Of a stretch of 53,034 bases of DNA, positions 25,399-36,085 are shown piece after piece. The stretch covers positions 1-53,034 of the forward strand of contig JAIXKU010000215.1 of assembly GCA_026936045.1 (NCBI GenBank), in the 5' to 3' direction. The position numbers and the translations under genes are program-made. The notes beneath the pieces were generated by a model, which was not told the DNA's origin, searched no databases, and saw nothing but the letters and a program-made list of their open reading frames with translations. Position 1 is the first letter of the stretch. The number at the start of each line of letters is the position of its first letter. Source of the stretch: Flavobacteriales bacterium (GTDB lineage Bacteria; Bacteroidota; Bacteroidia; CAIKAF01).

Positions 25399-26277
25399 TT
25401 GGCTGATTTAGCAAAAAAACAATGGCAGTATAGCACGTTGCTGTTGCTTGGTCTTACTTGGGGAAGTAGTTTTATACTGATGAAGCAAGGGCTGAGATCC
25501 TTTCAACCCATAGAGGTGGCGCTTATACGTATATCAGCCAGCTTCCTGTTTTTGTTACCCTGGATGATTCCGCAATATTTAAAGATTCCAAGAAAGAAAT
25601 TAAAGTTTTTACTGCTTTCCGGCCTCTTAGGTAATGGAATACCGGCCGTTTTTTTTGCTACGGCACAAACAGAAATTGACAGCTCATTAGCCGGTATATT
25701 AAATGGGACGACACCCATTTTCACATTGATAGTAGGAGGTTTATTTTTTGGTTTGCTTATTCGTCGCCAGGCTGTCATTGGTTTAATTATTGGATTGATT
25801 GGCACGATTTATATAGTGTATTCGTCTAATGGTATTGGAGAGAACAATAATTATATATATACGATATTGCCTGTTGTCGCCTCGCTTTGTTATGGCTTTT
25901 CATCCAATATTATCAAAACGCATCTTTATGATTTGTCGCCGCTGGTAGTCACAGGAGGCGCCTTGTCATTTATAGGCCCGCCCAGTGTACTTTCGCTAAT
26001 TTTATTTACGGATGTGCCAAAGCAAATTGTTACAGACAGTTATCATCTGCAGAACTTTGGATGGTTGATGATATTGGGCATCGTAGGTACCTCTTTGGCG
26101 GTGCTTATTTTTAATTATCTCATTAAGAATACAACAGTCTTGTTTGCCGCTTCGGTTACGTATCTCATCCCCATTTTTGCCATGGTATGGGGTTTGATTT
26201 TTGGCGAAAGTATCACCATCCATTATTTCATCAGCATCGTTGTTATTTTATCCGGCGTCTATATTGCCAATAAATAA
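25399..26277 (+). CDS. EamA/DMT-family transporter
   Basis: About 10 predicted TM helices arranged as two EamA-like halves. The TTG start is required to keep TM1, because an in-frame stop lies at 25390. Confidence 0.75.
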   Translation: MADLAKKQWQYSTLLLLGLTWGSSFILMKQGLRSFQPIEVALIRISASFLFLLPWMIPQYLKIPRKKLKFLLLSGLLGNGIPAVFFATAQTEIDSSLAGILNGTTPIFTLIVGGLFFGLLIRRQAVIGLIIGLIGTIYIVYSSNGIGENNNYIYTILPVVASLCYGFSSNIIKTHLYDLSPLVVTGGALSFIGPPSVLSLILFTDVPKQIVTDSYHLQNFGWLMILGIVGTSLAVLIFNYLIKNTTVLFAASVTYLIPIFAMVWGLIFGESITIHYFISIVVILSGVYIANK

Positions 26278-26283
26278 CAGGAC

Positions 26284-28605
26284 TTATTGTACAATCAATC
26301 GCTTGGTCGTTTTGCCTACAGAGCTGCTGATTTCAATAAGATACATACCGGATGATAACGGCACAGGATAAGTAAACGTATTATTACTCGGTTGAACAGC
26401 TACCGCATACAAGCTTACCTCGCGGCCGGCCATATCAATCAGACGTATCTTAGCCATATCGCTTATATCGCTGTACAGGCTGATCTGATAATAATCCGTT
26501 GCCGGATTGGGATAAAGTATGACATGCAGATTTTCAGATGCATCTTGCATCAAGCTGCTGTTACCTGTATTGCAAGGTATGGTTGGATTGCTGATGTAAG
26601 TCATTGTTTTAAAATCAATATAGCAAACCCAGTCGGGATTATCTACAAAAGGGTTTCTGTTGCCCTGCAAACTATCTAAATAATCGTTTCTGGCCATATC
26701 AAAACGAGTAGGCGGAAAAGCAAAATGCCAGTTTTTAAGAACCTGTTGATTTTGAGGATAGTTAATGTTATATGTGCCACCGGCAGCACAAACCTCACCG
26801 ATGGGTGCATCCAAGTTCCAGGCATTTCCGCTCACGGTATTATAACAGACCGCCATGTAAAACATAGCACGTGCAGCGGCTCCTTTATGTGCATCGGCCG
26901 GTTCGTACACACGATTGCCGGCGGTATCTAATCCCATCACGCCTTGTTGATAGGCAATGATGGGCGTTACCACTTCACCAAGCGGGTAATTACAACGTGC
27001 TTCATTAACATTGCTTTGTAATGTGGGGTAAAGATGGTGCTGGTCGTTATATTCGGGTTTCTCAGGAGCATTGGCCGGGAATGTCGGCATCCAGCTGTGT
27101 GGGAATGTATGTTCACGACTGGTACCGGTAGCTGTAAAATCAAAAGGTTGATTAAACAGAATGGGAGCGCTGCTATAAGAACAATTAAAGACTTTATTGA
27201 AAGTATTGGCACCTTGTACCACAAAGGTATCACGTGTATAGAACCCATCAATGATGGTAGGACGATAATTGCTGTAAAATACGGACGAATGTGGGTTTAT
27301 CAGATTATGCAAATCGGTAATCAATGTTCCGGAAAGTGGATCTATTGAAGCGTATTTAGTTGGCGAGGCCATAGAAGCAGGTGTGTTGACAGAGCCGGTC
27401 AATACATTATTTGTTTGATATGAAACGACGGGACTCCCTCCACCGTTGTATGGCACAACAGCAAAATGATAGGTGGTATTAGCCAGCACCCATCGCGGCC
27501 AAAAAGACGTAGAAGATACGTCGCCTTTATCATTATACACAACTTTGGCATTACCAATGGTTTCGCCAACTTGGTAGTTTGTACCATTGGAAGGCCATGT
27601 ATTTACCGGCGCACCTTCGCTTCTAAGTACAAGATAACCGCCGTAATAATCAACTGTTGTATTGCTGAATGAAACAATGGTACGATATGTTTTATTTATC
27701 GGGAAATTAAGATTGCTGGCAGAGCCCGGCGCTGTGGCGTAATTGCCGCCTACACCGTATAGGTTTACCGTATAAAGGGCATCGCCATAAGCATCGTCGG
27801 ATGTTATGGTAAATTTGGCATTACGTGTGCTTGCCCCACCCGGTGTAAACTGTATTGTAAGCACTTGTGTGCCTTGTGCCGGAATGCTGAGAGGGAAAGA
27901 GGGTGATACAATAGAAAAATCAGAGGCATTGGTGCCGGAAAAAGAAATACCTGCAAGTGTTAGATTAGCCTGGCTCGCATTGCGTAGTGTGAAACTCATG
28001 TTTACAGGTGTTGCCACAGGACTGCTGACAGGCGATGCATAGCCGCCATTGGATATAACCGATGCATTCTCTTCTATCTTAAGTTTTGGATTGGTATGCA
28101 AAGGCTCACGCACTCTAATATCATCAATGGCAACATTATAACCGGATGTTTTTGAACTGAAGAAGAAACGCACATATCGCACATTCGTATTGGTTACCAA
28201 CACACTGTCGTAGTTACATGCCGGCGAAAAAGGTAATTGTGCATTTCCATATGTTTTTAAGGTATTCCAGCTTGCGCCGTCAACCGATTCCTGAATCGTA
28301 AACGTACCTTGCCATGAGCCACTTGTACCGGTACCTATAATATTATACACCACACGACCGGGCTGTGAACTGGTATTAACCGTAATGCTTTCATTGGTCG
28401 CATCTAATCGGGCGGCGGCTGATCCTTCACAGACTTGCTGAGAGCTGGTGTAAAACTGTGTAGATCCGCTTATCTGCCAGTTATGTGTCCAACCTACAGG
28501 CGGTTGTGCATCACAGTTCCATGAAGTGGGAACGGATGTTTGAGAGAAAAGAGCCAAAGCAGGTGTAAGAAGGAGAGTTAATAAGCATAATCTTTTTTGA
28601 TTCAT
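26284..28605 (-). CDS. Extracellular endonuclease I family nuclease with N-terminal binding/Ig-like domains and T9SS sorting domain
   Basis: Endonuclease_1 motifs REHTFPHSW, DQHHLYPT...N..R.NYPLGEV, KGAAARAMFYMAVCY, GNRNPFVDNPDWV. A choice-of-anchor-D-like segment (FSGTNASDFSIVSP...LTIQFTP). Signal peptide. CTD ILYPNPATDYY...MYLIEI...RLIVQ. Confidence 0.85.
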   Translation of the reverse strand: MNQKRLCLLTLLLTPALALFSQTSVPTSWNCDAQPPVGWTHNWQISGSTQFYTSSQQVCEGSAAARLDATNESITVNTSSQPGRVVYNIIGTGTSGSWQGTFTIQESVDGASWNTLKTYGNAQLPFSPACNYDSVLVTNTNVRYVRFFFSSKTSGYNVAIDDIRVREPLHTNPKLKIEENASVISNGGYASPVSSPVATPVNMSFTLRNASQANLTLAGISFSGTNASDFSIVSPSFPLSIPAQGTQVLTIQFTPGGASTRNAKFTITSDDAYGDALYTVNLYGVGGNYATAPGSASNLNFPINKTYRTIVSFSNTTVDYYGGYLVLRSEGAPVNTWPSNGTNYQVGETIGNAKVVYNDKGDVSSTSFWPRWVLANTTYHFAVVPYNGGGSPVVSYQTNNVLTGSVNTPASMASPTKYASIDPLSGTLITDLHNLINPHSSVFYSNYRPTIIDGFYTRDTFVVQGANTFNKVFNCSYSSAPILFNQPFDFTATGTSREHTFPHSWMPTFPANAPEKPEYNDQHHLYPTLQSNVNEARCNYPLGEVVTPIIAYQQGVMGLDTAGNRVYEPADAHKGAAARAMFYMAVCYNTVSGNAWNLDAPIGEVCAAGGTYNINYPQNQQVLKNWHFAFPPTRFDMARNDYLDSLQGNRNPFVDNPDWVCYIDFKTMTYISNPTIPCNTGNSSLMQDASENLHVILYPNPATDYYQISLYSDISDMAKIRLIDMAGREVSLYAVAVQPSNNTFTYPVPLSSGMYLIEISSSVGKTTKRLIVQ

Positions 28606-28624
28606 GATATTTGTTTTTCAGGTT

Positions 28625-29062
28625 TTACATTCGGGTGGCTTGTATAAGCAACGAATCGGAAAAACGTTCAAGCCTTAGTTCTTCCTGATTCAGTTTGCGA
28701 ATAAAAAAGCGTTGTTGTTTGAAGATTTTAGTAAAGTTAGGGATATTTATATAGCTGTCTATAAAAGCCAGTTCATCATCTTTGAGTGTAAAGTTCAGTT
28801 GAGCCGAATCGGGTGTGGCGGGATTTTGATCAAGGTATTTGAACCAAACTTTGCACGTTGCCGTATAGGCATCATTGCAAGCGTGGAAAGAAAAGAATTG
28901 CGGTACAGAATCAGGTTGAACGATGCTTATATCGGTGTTGTAATGCATAATCTGCCAATCGTCTTTCAGACTATTTGCATGCTCTTGTGAGTGATCACAT
29001 GATATGAGTGAGATGCTTATAAGAAATAGTAATATGTTTCGTTTATTTTGTTTCATTATCAT
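28625..29062 (-). CDS. Small lipoprotein (lipocalin-like?)
   Basis: Lipobox ISLISC. 145 aa. Its ATG overlaps the TonB-receptor stop by 1 nt (TAATG). Confidence 0.5.
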   Translation of the reverse strand: MIMKQNKRNILLFLISISLISCDHSQEHANSLKDDWQIMHYNTDISIVQPDSVPQFFSFHACNDAYTATCKVWFKYLDQNPATPDSAQLNFTLKDDELAFIDSYINIPNFTKIFKQQRFFIRKLNQEELRLERFSDSLLIQATRM

Positions 29063-31815
29063 TAGAAAGTTACCTGTAATGACCCCATATATCTAAATCC
29101 TAATCCAATATTTACCGATGCGCCGTTTGCACTGAAGGTATTAGGTATGATGCCACCATCAAATGCGTCGGCAATATAAAAATGATTGGTAAGATTCATG
29201 AAGTTGGCACGCAAATCAAACTTAATTTTCTTTACTTTAAATCCATAGCCCATATTGAGGTTCATGATATAAAAATCAGGAATACGCCAGGGCTGCCTGC
29301 CGGCATGCGGTGCGATGCCGGTAACAGGATTAATCTTATACGTGTTGGCATTGTAATTAGCGTAGTAATGTGTAAAGAAGATTACTTCCGGCGCAATATA
29401 CAGCCCTTTGACAGGCATGATTCTGATGATGACCGCATATTGATGTTGGGGCTGATCACCCACTTTTATACCACGTAAGTCAATTTGCGAAATCCCATTC
29501 GGCACAGGGATACCGATATCATCAAATGTTTGTGCAGTGCCAATGCTATTCCAATGCCAATCACCTATAGAAATACTGCCTTCAAACGCTAACTGCTTAA
29601 TGGGCTTATAGACAAAATCCAACTCTACACCCATATGTACAGCTTCCAATCCATTTATGTTTACAGAAACATACTCGCCATTCTGATTAGGAATGCTGGC
29701 TTGCTCGGGTTTATTCATCCACCAAGTATAATAGCCGTTCAGATTTAATCCGAACTTTTTGTACTGTATGGTATATCCAAGTTCGAATGAAGCTAAGTTT
29801 TCGTTCTGCGCATTCAACACTCGGTCGTTATTGTTCAGCACTAAGAATGACATATAAGGTGCGCGGGAAAAATAGCCGGCATTGAAAAACAGATTATGAC
29901 TTGTATGCAGTTTGAAGTTCATCCCGCCTTTCACTGTATATCCCCAACGGGCAAAGAATCGGCTTTGTGCATAATCTAACCCTTTGCTGTCGCGCGTGTA
30001 CATATTTCCCTGATAGGTGACGGTATCATAATACCCGATATCGAGAATGGTGTCACCTATATGCAATTGTTTTTTAGCAAAGAAATTGGTTTGGTTATAC
30101 CCAGTAACAGCACCACTCAGATTGATAAAGCTGCTGAATACAGGATGTTTGTATTCCAGCATTAGAAATCCGCCGCCCCATAAGATATCTCTTGCAAGGT
30201 TTTTAAGAATATGATCACCTTCTACCACATAGCCTTTTGAGGCCACATTCGGGTCCGGATTTTGTACAGATAAATCAGCGCCTAATAAATTATATACAGT
30301 GCTGAATACACTGCCTCTGAAATATCTGAAATCTATCCCGCCTGATAAACTCAAACGCTCATTGAAGGCATAATCAAATGTTCCCAAAGCTCCAACCCAG
30401 GTGTGTTCGTTATGATTCTTTCGTATGAAGTTAGAGGCTTTTTGCAATGTGTCATTTGTGCCCGATATAGGATATTGATTGAACGGGCTGTATGCATTGG
30501 CATCATAAATGGCTTGAAGGTTTATCTGTCCATTGGTGTCAAGCGCTACAGAGGAGATGCTGTTCAACTGTGTGCCGCCGCCAATACCAACCGAAGCATA
30601 AACGATGGCAGAGATATAAAACTTATCGGAAACTTTAATAAAATCTTTAAGAAAGAACAGGGGCTTAAAATAATGATTCTGTGTGGTATTTAGCTTTTCA
30701 AGCGAGGCGTCGGGGCCGCCTTCACTAGGGCGTGTGCGGCGTAGATAACCCCATCCCTGATTGTAACGCCAGTTGCGCTCTTTAACGGATGGGTTGGTAT
30801 CAACACCCAATTCTAAAGCATACGATTTACTGTATGCTTCAATGCCAAATTCGTACAAATACGATCGTTGATCAGCCCATTGCGGTGCTCCAAACGCCGT
30901 GAAGCTGAACGTATGCTTTTTGATTTGTTTGTTTATCTTCAGATAATAGGAAAACCAAGTTGTTGTAGTTCCATCCACCCATCCTTGATTGTATTTAAAA
31001 GCCAATGCCCCCTGGATATTCCAATCTCCTTTTAAACGTCCGGATGAGGCGCTGAATGTGGTTTGTGCATTATTGCGGTTACCGTAATCTTGACGCACGG
31101 AAAATACCCTTTCCATATCAATACCTTGTGTGATGACATTGATTGAACCGCCGACCGAAGGGATGGCTAACTTAGATGCTCCCAGCCCTCGCTGCACTTG
31201 CATTAATCTTGTATTTACACCCAATCCTTGCCAGTTGCTCCAATACACACGACCGTTATGCATATCGTTCATAGGTACGCCGTCAACTAACACCAATACA
31301 TTCTGTTGATTGAATCCGCGAATGCGAACCTCGGCCTGGCCATCTGATCCTTCTCGCTGGCTTACGAAAACGCCAGGTGTCACATTCAGTAACATGGGTA
31401 AATCTTGAGAACCAAGACGCTCACGAATCTGTTCAATGCTGATATTAGAAAAGGCAACCGGTGTTTCTCGAGGCTTAGCCAGGTCTGAAACCACTTCTAT
31501 CTCACTTAACATGGTTGGCGAAAGAGAGAAATCTAAAACAAGACGGTTGTTGTTTATGGTAATTCTTTCGGTTTGGGAATGATAGCTGACATAAGAAACA
31601 GAAAGACTGTATTCGCCGTTAGGCAGTTTAATTTCATAATACCCATCAAAATCAGCGGCTACACCTTTCCCATCAGCCCACATAATGGCGGCACCTGGCA
31701 ATGGTTCATGTGTGGTGGCATCAACAATTTTTCCGGAAATAATACCTTGTTGTGCATACAACCCAATTTGCACAAACAGAAAGAAAAAGAAGCTCGTAAC
31801 GCAATGACGGCGCAT
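29062..31815 (-). CDS. TonB-dependent outer-membrane receptor with N-terminal CarboxypepD_reg domain
   Basis: GIISGKIVDATTHEPLPGAAIM, plug region VRIRGFNQQNVLVLVDGVPMND, long beta-barrel, and terminal ...GSLQVTF. Confidence 0.9.
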   Translation of the reverse strand: MRRHCVTSFFFFLFVQIGLYAQQGIISGKIVDATTHEPLPGAAIMWADGKGVAADFDGYYEIKLPNGEYSLSVSYVSYHSQTERITINNNRLVLDFSLSPTMLSEIEVVSDLAKPRETPVAFSNISIEQIRERLGSQDLPMLLNVTPGVFVSQREGSDGQAEVRIRGFNQQNVLVLVDGVPMNDMHNGRVYWSNWQGLGVNTRLMQVQRGLGASKLAIPSVGGSINVITQGIDMERVFSVRQDYGNRNNAQTTFSASSGRLKGDWNIQGALAFKYNQGWVDGTTTTWFSYYLKINKQIKKHTFSFTAFGAPQWADQRSYLYEFGIEAYSKSYALELGVDTNPSVKERNWRYNQGWGYLRRTRPSEGGPDASLEKLNTTQNHYFKPLFFLKDFIKVSDKFYISAIVYASVGIGGGTQLNSISSVALDTNGQINLQAIYDANAYSPFNQYPISGTNDTLQKASNFIRKNHNEHTWVGALGTFDYAFNERLSLSGGIDFRYFRGSVFSTVYNLLGADLSVQNPDPNVASKGYVVEGDHILKNLARDILWGGGFLMLEYKHPVFSSFINLSGAVTGYNQTNFFAKKQLHIGDTILDIGYYDTVTYQGNMYTRDSKGLDYAQSRFFARWGYTVKGGMNFKLHTSHNLFFNAGYFSRAPYMSFLVLNNNDRVLNAQNENLASFELGYTIQYKKFGLNLNGYYTWWMNKPEQASIPNQNGEYVSVNINGLEAVHMGVELDFVYKPIKQLAFEGSISIGDWHWNSIGTAQTFDDIGIPVPNGISQIDLRGIKVGDQPQHQYAVIIRIMPVKGLYIAPEVIFFTHYYANYNANTYKINPVTGIAPHAGRQPWRIPDFYIMNLNMGYGFKVKKIKFDLRANFMNLTNHFYIADAFDGGIIPNTFSANGASVNIGLGFRYMGSLQVTF

Positions 31816-31827
31816 GAATAACAGAAT

Positions 31828-32904
31828 CTATTCCACAATTAATTTTCTTGAACTCTTCAATCCGTTTTCAAACGTAGTCTGGATCAAATAAATACCAGTG
31901 GTATAACCGGTCAGCGATATTAGGATCTGTGTAGCTCCCTGCGCTATGTCCAGCTGCCATACAAGTACGCCTGAGAGAGAATAAATCTCTATATATCTGA
32001 CCGGTAATGTAGAAGAAAGCAAAACCATTTCATTAGCTGGATTGGGATAAATCACATATTTGATTTGCGATAACTCTTCTTCTTCCGTAGAGAATAAATA
32101 TGAGCATTGGCAGGTATGCACACCTAAACTGTCAAAGACATTTACCTCAATGGTATCCCATTCTAGAGAGGGATTAAATCCTGATGGCACAGCGGGCGGG
32201 CCAATTTGTCCGGCAGTCGGGTTAACATATATCCCTTTAAGCACGGATGATTTGCGAATCATACCATGATTTTGTGTCCAGTATTGCTTAAAATAAGGGC
32301 CTTGAAGCGTTGGATTATATGTGTCCGGTTTAGCAAAATAAGGTAAAAGTGCTGTCCATCCGGCAGTGGGGTTATATGTACCGGCACTGTTTAATGGCTG
32401 TTCGCCAATACAAGCAAAGATATCTACAGTTACCCATTCTGCTCCTGATTTTTTTTGAAGTTCTAAAGCGTCGTCGCCGTTAAAACAAACAGTACGTGGT
32501 TGAGGCGGTACAATGCTGGGGGCGCAATCGGTGGTAAAGAACGTATCAAGCTTAGCTAATAGTTCCGGCCAGGTATTGTTATTCGGGTCGGGATCAGATT
32601 GGATGTTAATACCTAAAACCATCACATCAAAAGGCGCAATAACCATGGATGCAGGAAACATGGTAACCTTCGTTGGATATACGTCCATGACATCCGTAGG
32701 TGGAATGGGCGGCACACTGCCGTTGTCCCAACGAATCAAACGGTAATTCTCCAAACTAATGGGATTGCCGGTAGGGTTATAAATTTCAATGGCTTTGTTG
32801 TTGCCGGTACCTTCTACATATTCTGAAATGAATAAATCAGAGCAATTCTGAGCAAAACCGACTGTGCCAATACATAATGCAAGCGATGTAAAGAGATCTT
32901 TCAT
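31828..32904 (-). CDS. Lamin-tail-domain (LTD) protein with T9SS sorting domain
   Basis: After the signal peptide (MKDLFTSLALCIGTVGFAQ, ATG at 32904) comes CSDLFISEYVEGTGNNKAIEIYNPTGNPISLENY, the LTD signature seen at the N-terminus of ExeM/NucH-type nucleases. CTD VIYPNPANEMV...IYLIQT...KLIVE. Confidence 0.65.
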   Translation of the reverse strand: MKDLFTSLALCIGTVGFAQNCSDLFISEYVEGTGNNKAIEIYNPTGNPISLENYRLIRWDNGSVPPIPPTDVMDVYPTKVTMFPASMVIAPFDVMVLGINIQSDPDPNNNTWPELLAKLDTFFTTDCAPSIVPPQPRTVCFNGDDALELQKKSGAEWVTVDIFACIGEQPLNSAGTYNPTAGWTALLPYFAKPDTYNPTLQGPYFKQYWTQNHGMIRKSSVLKGIYVNPTAGQIGPPAVPSGFNPSLEWDTIEVNVFDSLGVHTCQCSYLFSTEEEELSQIKYVIYPNPANEMVLLSSTLPVRYIEIYSLSGVLVWQLDIAQGATQILISLTGYTTGIYLIQTTFENGLKSSRKLIVE

Positions 32905-33154
32905 ATTTGATGGTTTTATGAGAGTAAACTTACGGAATTTTTTTTTACCTAATCTTAGGTAAATAACGTCCATACTCTCTCTTAACAGTCCTGTTGCTAA
33001 AATGCAGGTATATTTCTACGTCATATTCATGGCATTATACCTTAATAATCTGTAATAAATACATTTCAATAGTTATAAACATTTATTTCACGAGTTCTAA
33101 AAGAATTATGGACAAAGAGCGATTGAATGGGAAAATCATGTTACTTTGCAGGTG

Positions 33155-34138
33155 ATGAATTTTACCGACACATATAGTCGATATAAGAAAATGGTGGATG
33201 AGGAATTGATACGTTTAAAGTTCTCTCAGCAATCATCTTCGGAAATATATCAGCCGCTCGATTATATCTTGGGTATTGGCGGTAAACGGCTGCGTCCGGT
33301 TATGACCTTGGCGGTATGCGAAGCGTTTGGCGGTAATGTGGAAGAGGCCTTGCGGCCAGCTTTAGGCTTTGAGATGTTTCACAATTTCACACTCATCCAT
33401 GACGATATCATGGACAATGCCACGCTCAGACGAGGCCAACCAACGGTTCATCATAAATGGAATGTGAACATGGGTATTTTAAGCGGCGATATGATGCTTA
33501 TCAAAGCTTATGAATTGATTTCGTCAGCCAAACCGGATAAGCTAACACCGTTATTGACTGTTTTTAATCATATTGCTACTGCCGTATGCGAAGGCCAGCA
33601 ATTGGATATGGATTATGAAAATGCCGAAAGTATTTCCAAGTCAGACTATTTGCACATGATAGAATACAAAACAGGTGTTTTACTTGGCGGGGCATTACAG
33701 GCTGGCGCCATTATGGGTGGCGCTAAAACGGAAGATACCGAACGATTGTATCGTTTTGGTTGTAAAATTGGTGCGGCCTTTCAGATTATGGATGACTGGC
33801 TGGATACGTTCGGCGACCCAAATAAAACAGGCAAACGGATTGGAGGTGATATTCTAGAGAGAAAGAAGACCTTTCTGATGGTTAAAGCATACGAATTATC
33901 ATCTCCGAAACAGCGTAATACACTCAATACCATTTATGCTAACGAGTCTGACGATACGGAAAAGGTAAATGCCGTTATGGCCTTATTCGATGCACTCCAT
34001 ATCTCTGAGGTTACTAAAACAGAGATTCAACAACAATATACAGAAGCTCTGGAGGAACTATCTTCATTACCTATTTCGAAAGAGGCATTAGCCTTTTTTC
34101 ATTCCTTCGCAGCTTATCTGATTCAACGGGAAGCTTGA
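33155..34138 (+). CDS. Polyprenyl diphosphate synthase (trans-isoprenyl diphosphate synthase family)
   Basis: First Asp-rich motif LIHDDIMDNATLRRG and second FQIMDDWLD, plus GKRLRP. First ATG at 33155. Confidence 0.85.
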   Translation: MNFTDTYSRYKKMVDEELIRLKFSQQSSSEIYQPLDYILGIGGKRLRPVMTLAVCEAFGGNVEEALRPALGFEMFHNFTLIHDDIMDNATLRRGQPTVHHKWNVNMGILSGDMMLIKAYELISSAKPDKLTPLLTVFNHIATAVCEGQQLDMDYENAESISKSDYLHMIEYKTGVLLGGALQAGAIMGGAKTEDTERLYRFGCKIGAAFQIMDDWLDTFGDPNKTGKRIGGDILERKKTFLMVKAYELSSPKQRNTLNTIYANESDDTEKVNAVMALFDALHISEVTKTEIQQQYTEALEELSSLPISKEALAFFHSFAAYLIQREA

Positions 34139-34147
34139 TTGTTATGT

Positions 34148-36079
34148 TTATTCCCGAATAAGTCGTAATACAGAATGAGAGGAAGGTGTTTGCCATTCTA
34201 TCAGATACAGACCGGAAGCTAAGCCGAAAACAGGGATGTTTGTTTCACCGGTAGCTAAACTTATCTGACTTGACCATAACATTTGCCCTTGTATGTTACG
34301 CATTACCAATTGACCATATCCTTGTTCTGCCGGCCAAGACAGATGTGCCTCATTTGATAAAACGGGATTGGGATAGAGTACAGCAGAGGTGTTTGTATGC
34401 TCCTTAACAGACGTGATGTTACTTAGTTTCGCTACAATATCATACCTAGGATTGAATCGGATGGAGTCAACTTGGCCGGGTATATTCACCCAAAATTCTT
34501 GCGCATTGACGGTATTCTGAAACCATATTAACGAATCTTGCCCGCTATACCAAAATTCTAACGGTATAGGCAGTTCAAAAAAACTGACAGATTGATGGGA
34601 AGTTATCTGATTTATTTTTACATAAATATCGTTGCCTGATTGCGACCAATTGAATGAATAGGAGGGATAGCCTTCTCCGGTGTACCAGTCATCAAAGAAA
34701 TAGGTAAGATCCATGCCACTGGTGCTTTCAACATGTGCTTTAAAATCGGCGGTAGAGGCATAGCCAAATCGCAGATTGGGGTCATGAATATAATTATACA
34801 GGCCATCAAAAAAGGCGGTATCGCCAATAACCATTCGTAACATGTGTAACAACATGCCACCCTTGGAATAAGTCAATCGTCCGTCAAAAATGCGCCATAC
34901 ATCCGTTGTGTCATCTACTTTAACAGAGCCGTCCGGAAAACTGGTAATGTAATCTACCTGATTCCTTTTCCAAATAGGCCAAAAGAGGTTGGGAAAATTA
35001 TATTCATACACCATGCCTGTGAGATATGTGGCAAAGCCTTCATTAAGCCAGATATCATCCCATGTCTTACAGGTTACGGTATTACCAAACCATTGATGCG
35101 CCAGTTCGTGTGCAATGATTTCATATCCAAAATAGCCCATTGATGTCATGGTGGTATGTTCCATGCCGCCTCCAAACTCACATTGCATATGGCCGTATTT
35201 TTCTTTGTAATAAGGATATAAACCAAAGTGCTGATTGAACAAAGGCATCATCTCTTTGATACGTTTGGTGGATGGTTTTATGCTTGATAGATCTTCAGGA
35301 TACACATAATTTAATATCTCAATGGAATCGGTGGGAGAATAGGTGACATAATCGGAATAGACATCATAATTGCTGATAGCAAAAGCAACTAGGTATGCCG
35401 GTATTTTATATCGGTGTTCCCATTGGTAATAAGCCCATGGGCCGTTAATATATTCATTTGTGAGCAGACCATTGGCGCCGGCTCTGTATTGAGACGGTGT
35501 GCGGATAAGCATAAAAACCGAATCTATCTTATCGTTCATTGATTGCTTACATGGCCACCAATGCTTAGCACCAAATGGCTCAGAGAGAGTCCAGGCTACA
35601 GGTGTGCCGTTATGAGAAGCGGTATCAAAACCGCCTAACGAGCCGGAGGGTGGGGGTTCGCCCTGATAATAAACAGTTATTTCATAGTATTGTGACGCAT
35701 TTAGTGCAAAAGGTAGATCTATTTCTACGCCGTCATTAGGAGTTTGGACAAAAGAGACCTGTTGATTTTGAAAGATAATGGAATCAACAGCCAGATTGAA
35801 TGATAAATCAAAAATAATTTTTGTTAGACCGGGATACAGGGGTTTGAAGCCGGAAACCACACTGCCTTTGATGTAGTATATAGCAGGATCTACTTCGAGA
35901 TAAAGCGAGTGAAAGACCAAATCGTAATTGTTAGGCACAACAGAGGCATTATGGATGGAAGAAGGGAAGAACTTTTTTGTCTCTGCACAGCTTATGTCTT
36001 GTATTGAGCTGTGGGTATATTCTTGGGCCATTAGAAAACGCGGGATGATTAAACAGATGAAAACGATAAGCTTACGCAT
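34148..36079 (-). CDS. M1-family zinc aminopeptidase with T9SS sorting domain
   Basis: HELAHQWFGN...WLNEGFATY, GGMEH, signal peptide, CTD VLYPNPVLSNE...LYLIEW...LRLIRE. Confidence 0.9.
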   Translation of the reverse strand: MRKLIVFICLIIPRFLMAQEYTHSSIQDISCAETKKFFPSSIHNASVVPNNYDLVFHSLYLEVDPAIYYIKGSVVSGFKPLYPGLTKIIFDLSFNLAVDSIIFQNQQVSFVQTPNDGVEIDLPFALNASQYYEITVYYQGEPPPSGSLGGFDTASHNGTPVAWTLSEPFGAKHWWPCKQSMNDKIDSVFMLIRTPSQYRAGANGLLTNEYINGPWAYYQWEHRYKIPAYLVAFAISNYDVYSDYVTYSPTDSIEILNYVYPEDLSSIKPSTKRIKEMMPLFNQHFGLYPYYKEKYGHMQCEFGGGMEHTTMTSMGYFGYEIIAHELAHQWFGNTVTCKTWDDIWLNEGFATYLTGMVYEYNFPNLFWPIWKRNQVDYITSFPDGSVKVDDTTDVWRIFDGRLTYSKGGMLLHMLRMVIGDTAFFDGLYNYIHDPNLRFGYASTADFKAHVESTSGMDLTYFFDDWYTGEGYPSYSFNWSQSGNDIYVKINQITSHQSVSFFELPIPLEFWYSGQDSLIWFQNTVNAQEFWVNIPGQVDSIRFNPRYDIVAKLSNITSVKEHTNTSAVLYPNPVLSNEAHLSWPAEQGYGQLVMRNIQGQMLWSSQISLATGETNIPVFGLASGLYLIEWQTPSSHSVLRLIRE

Positions 36080-36085
36080 ACATGA

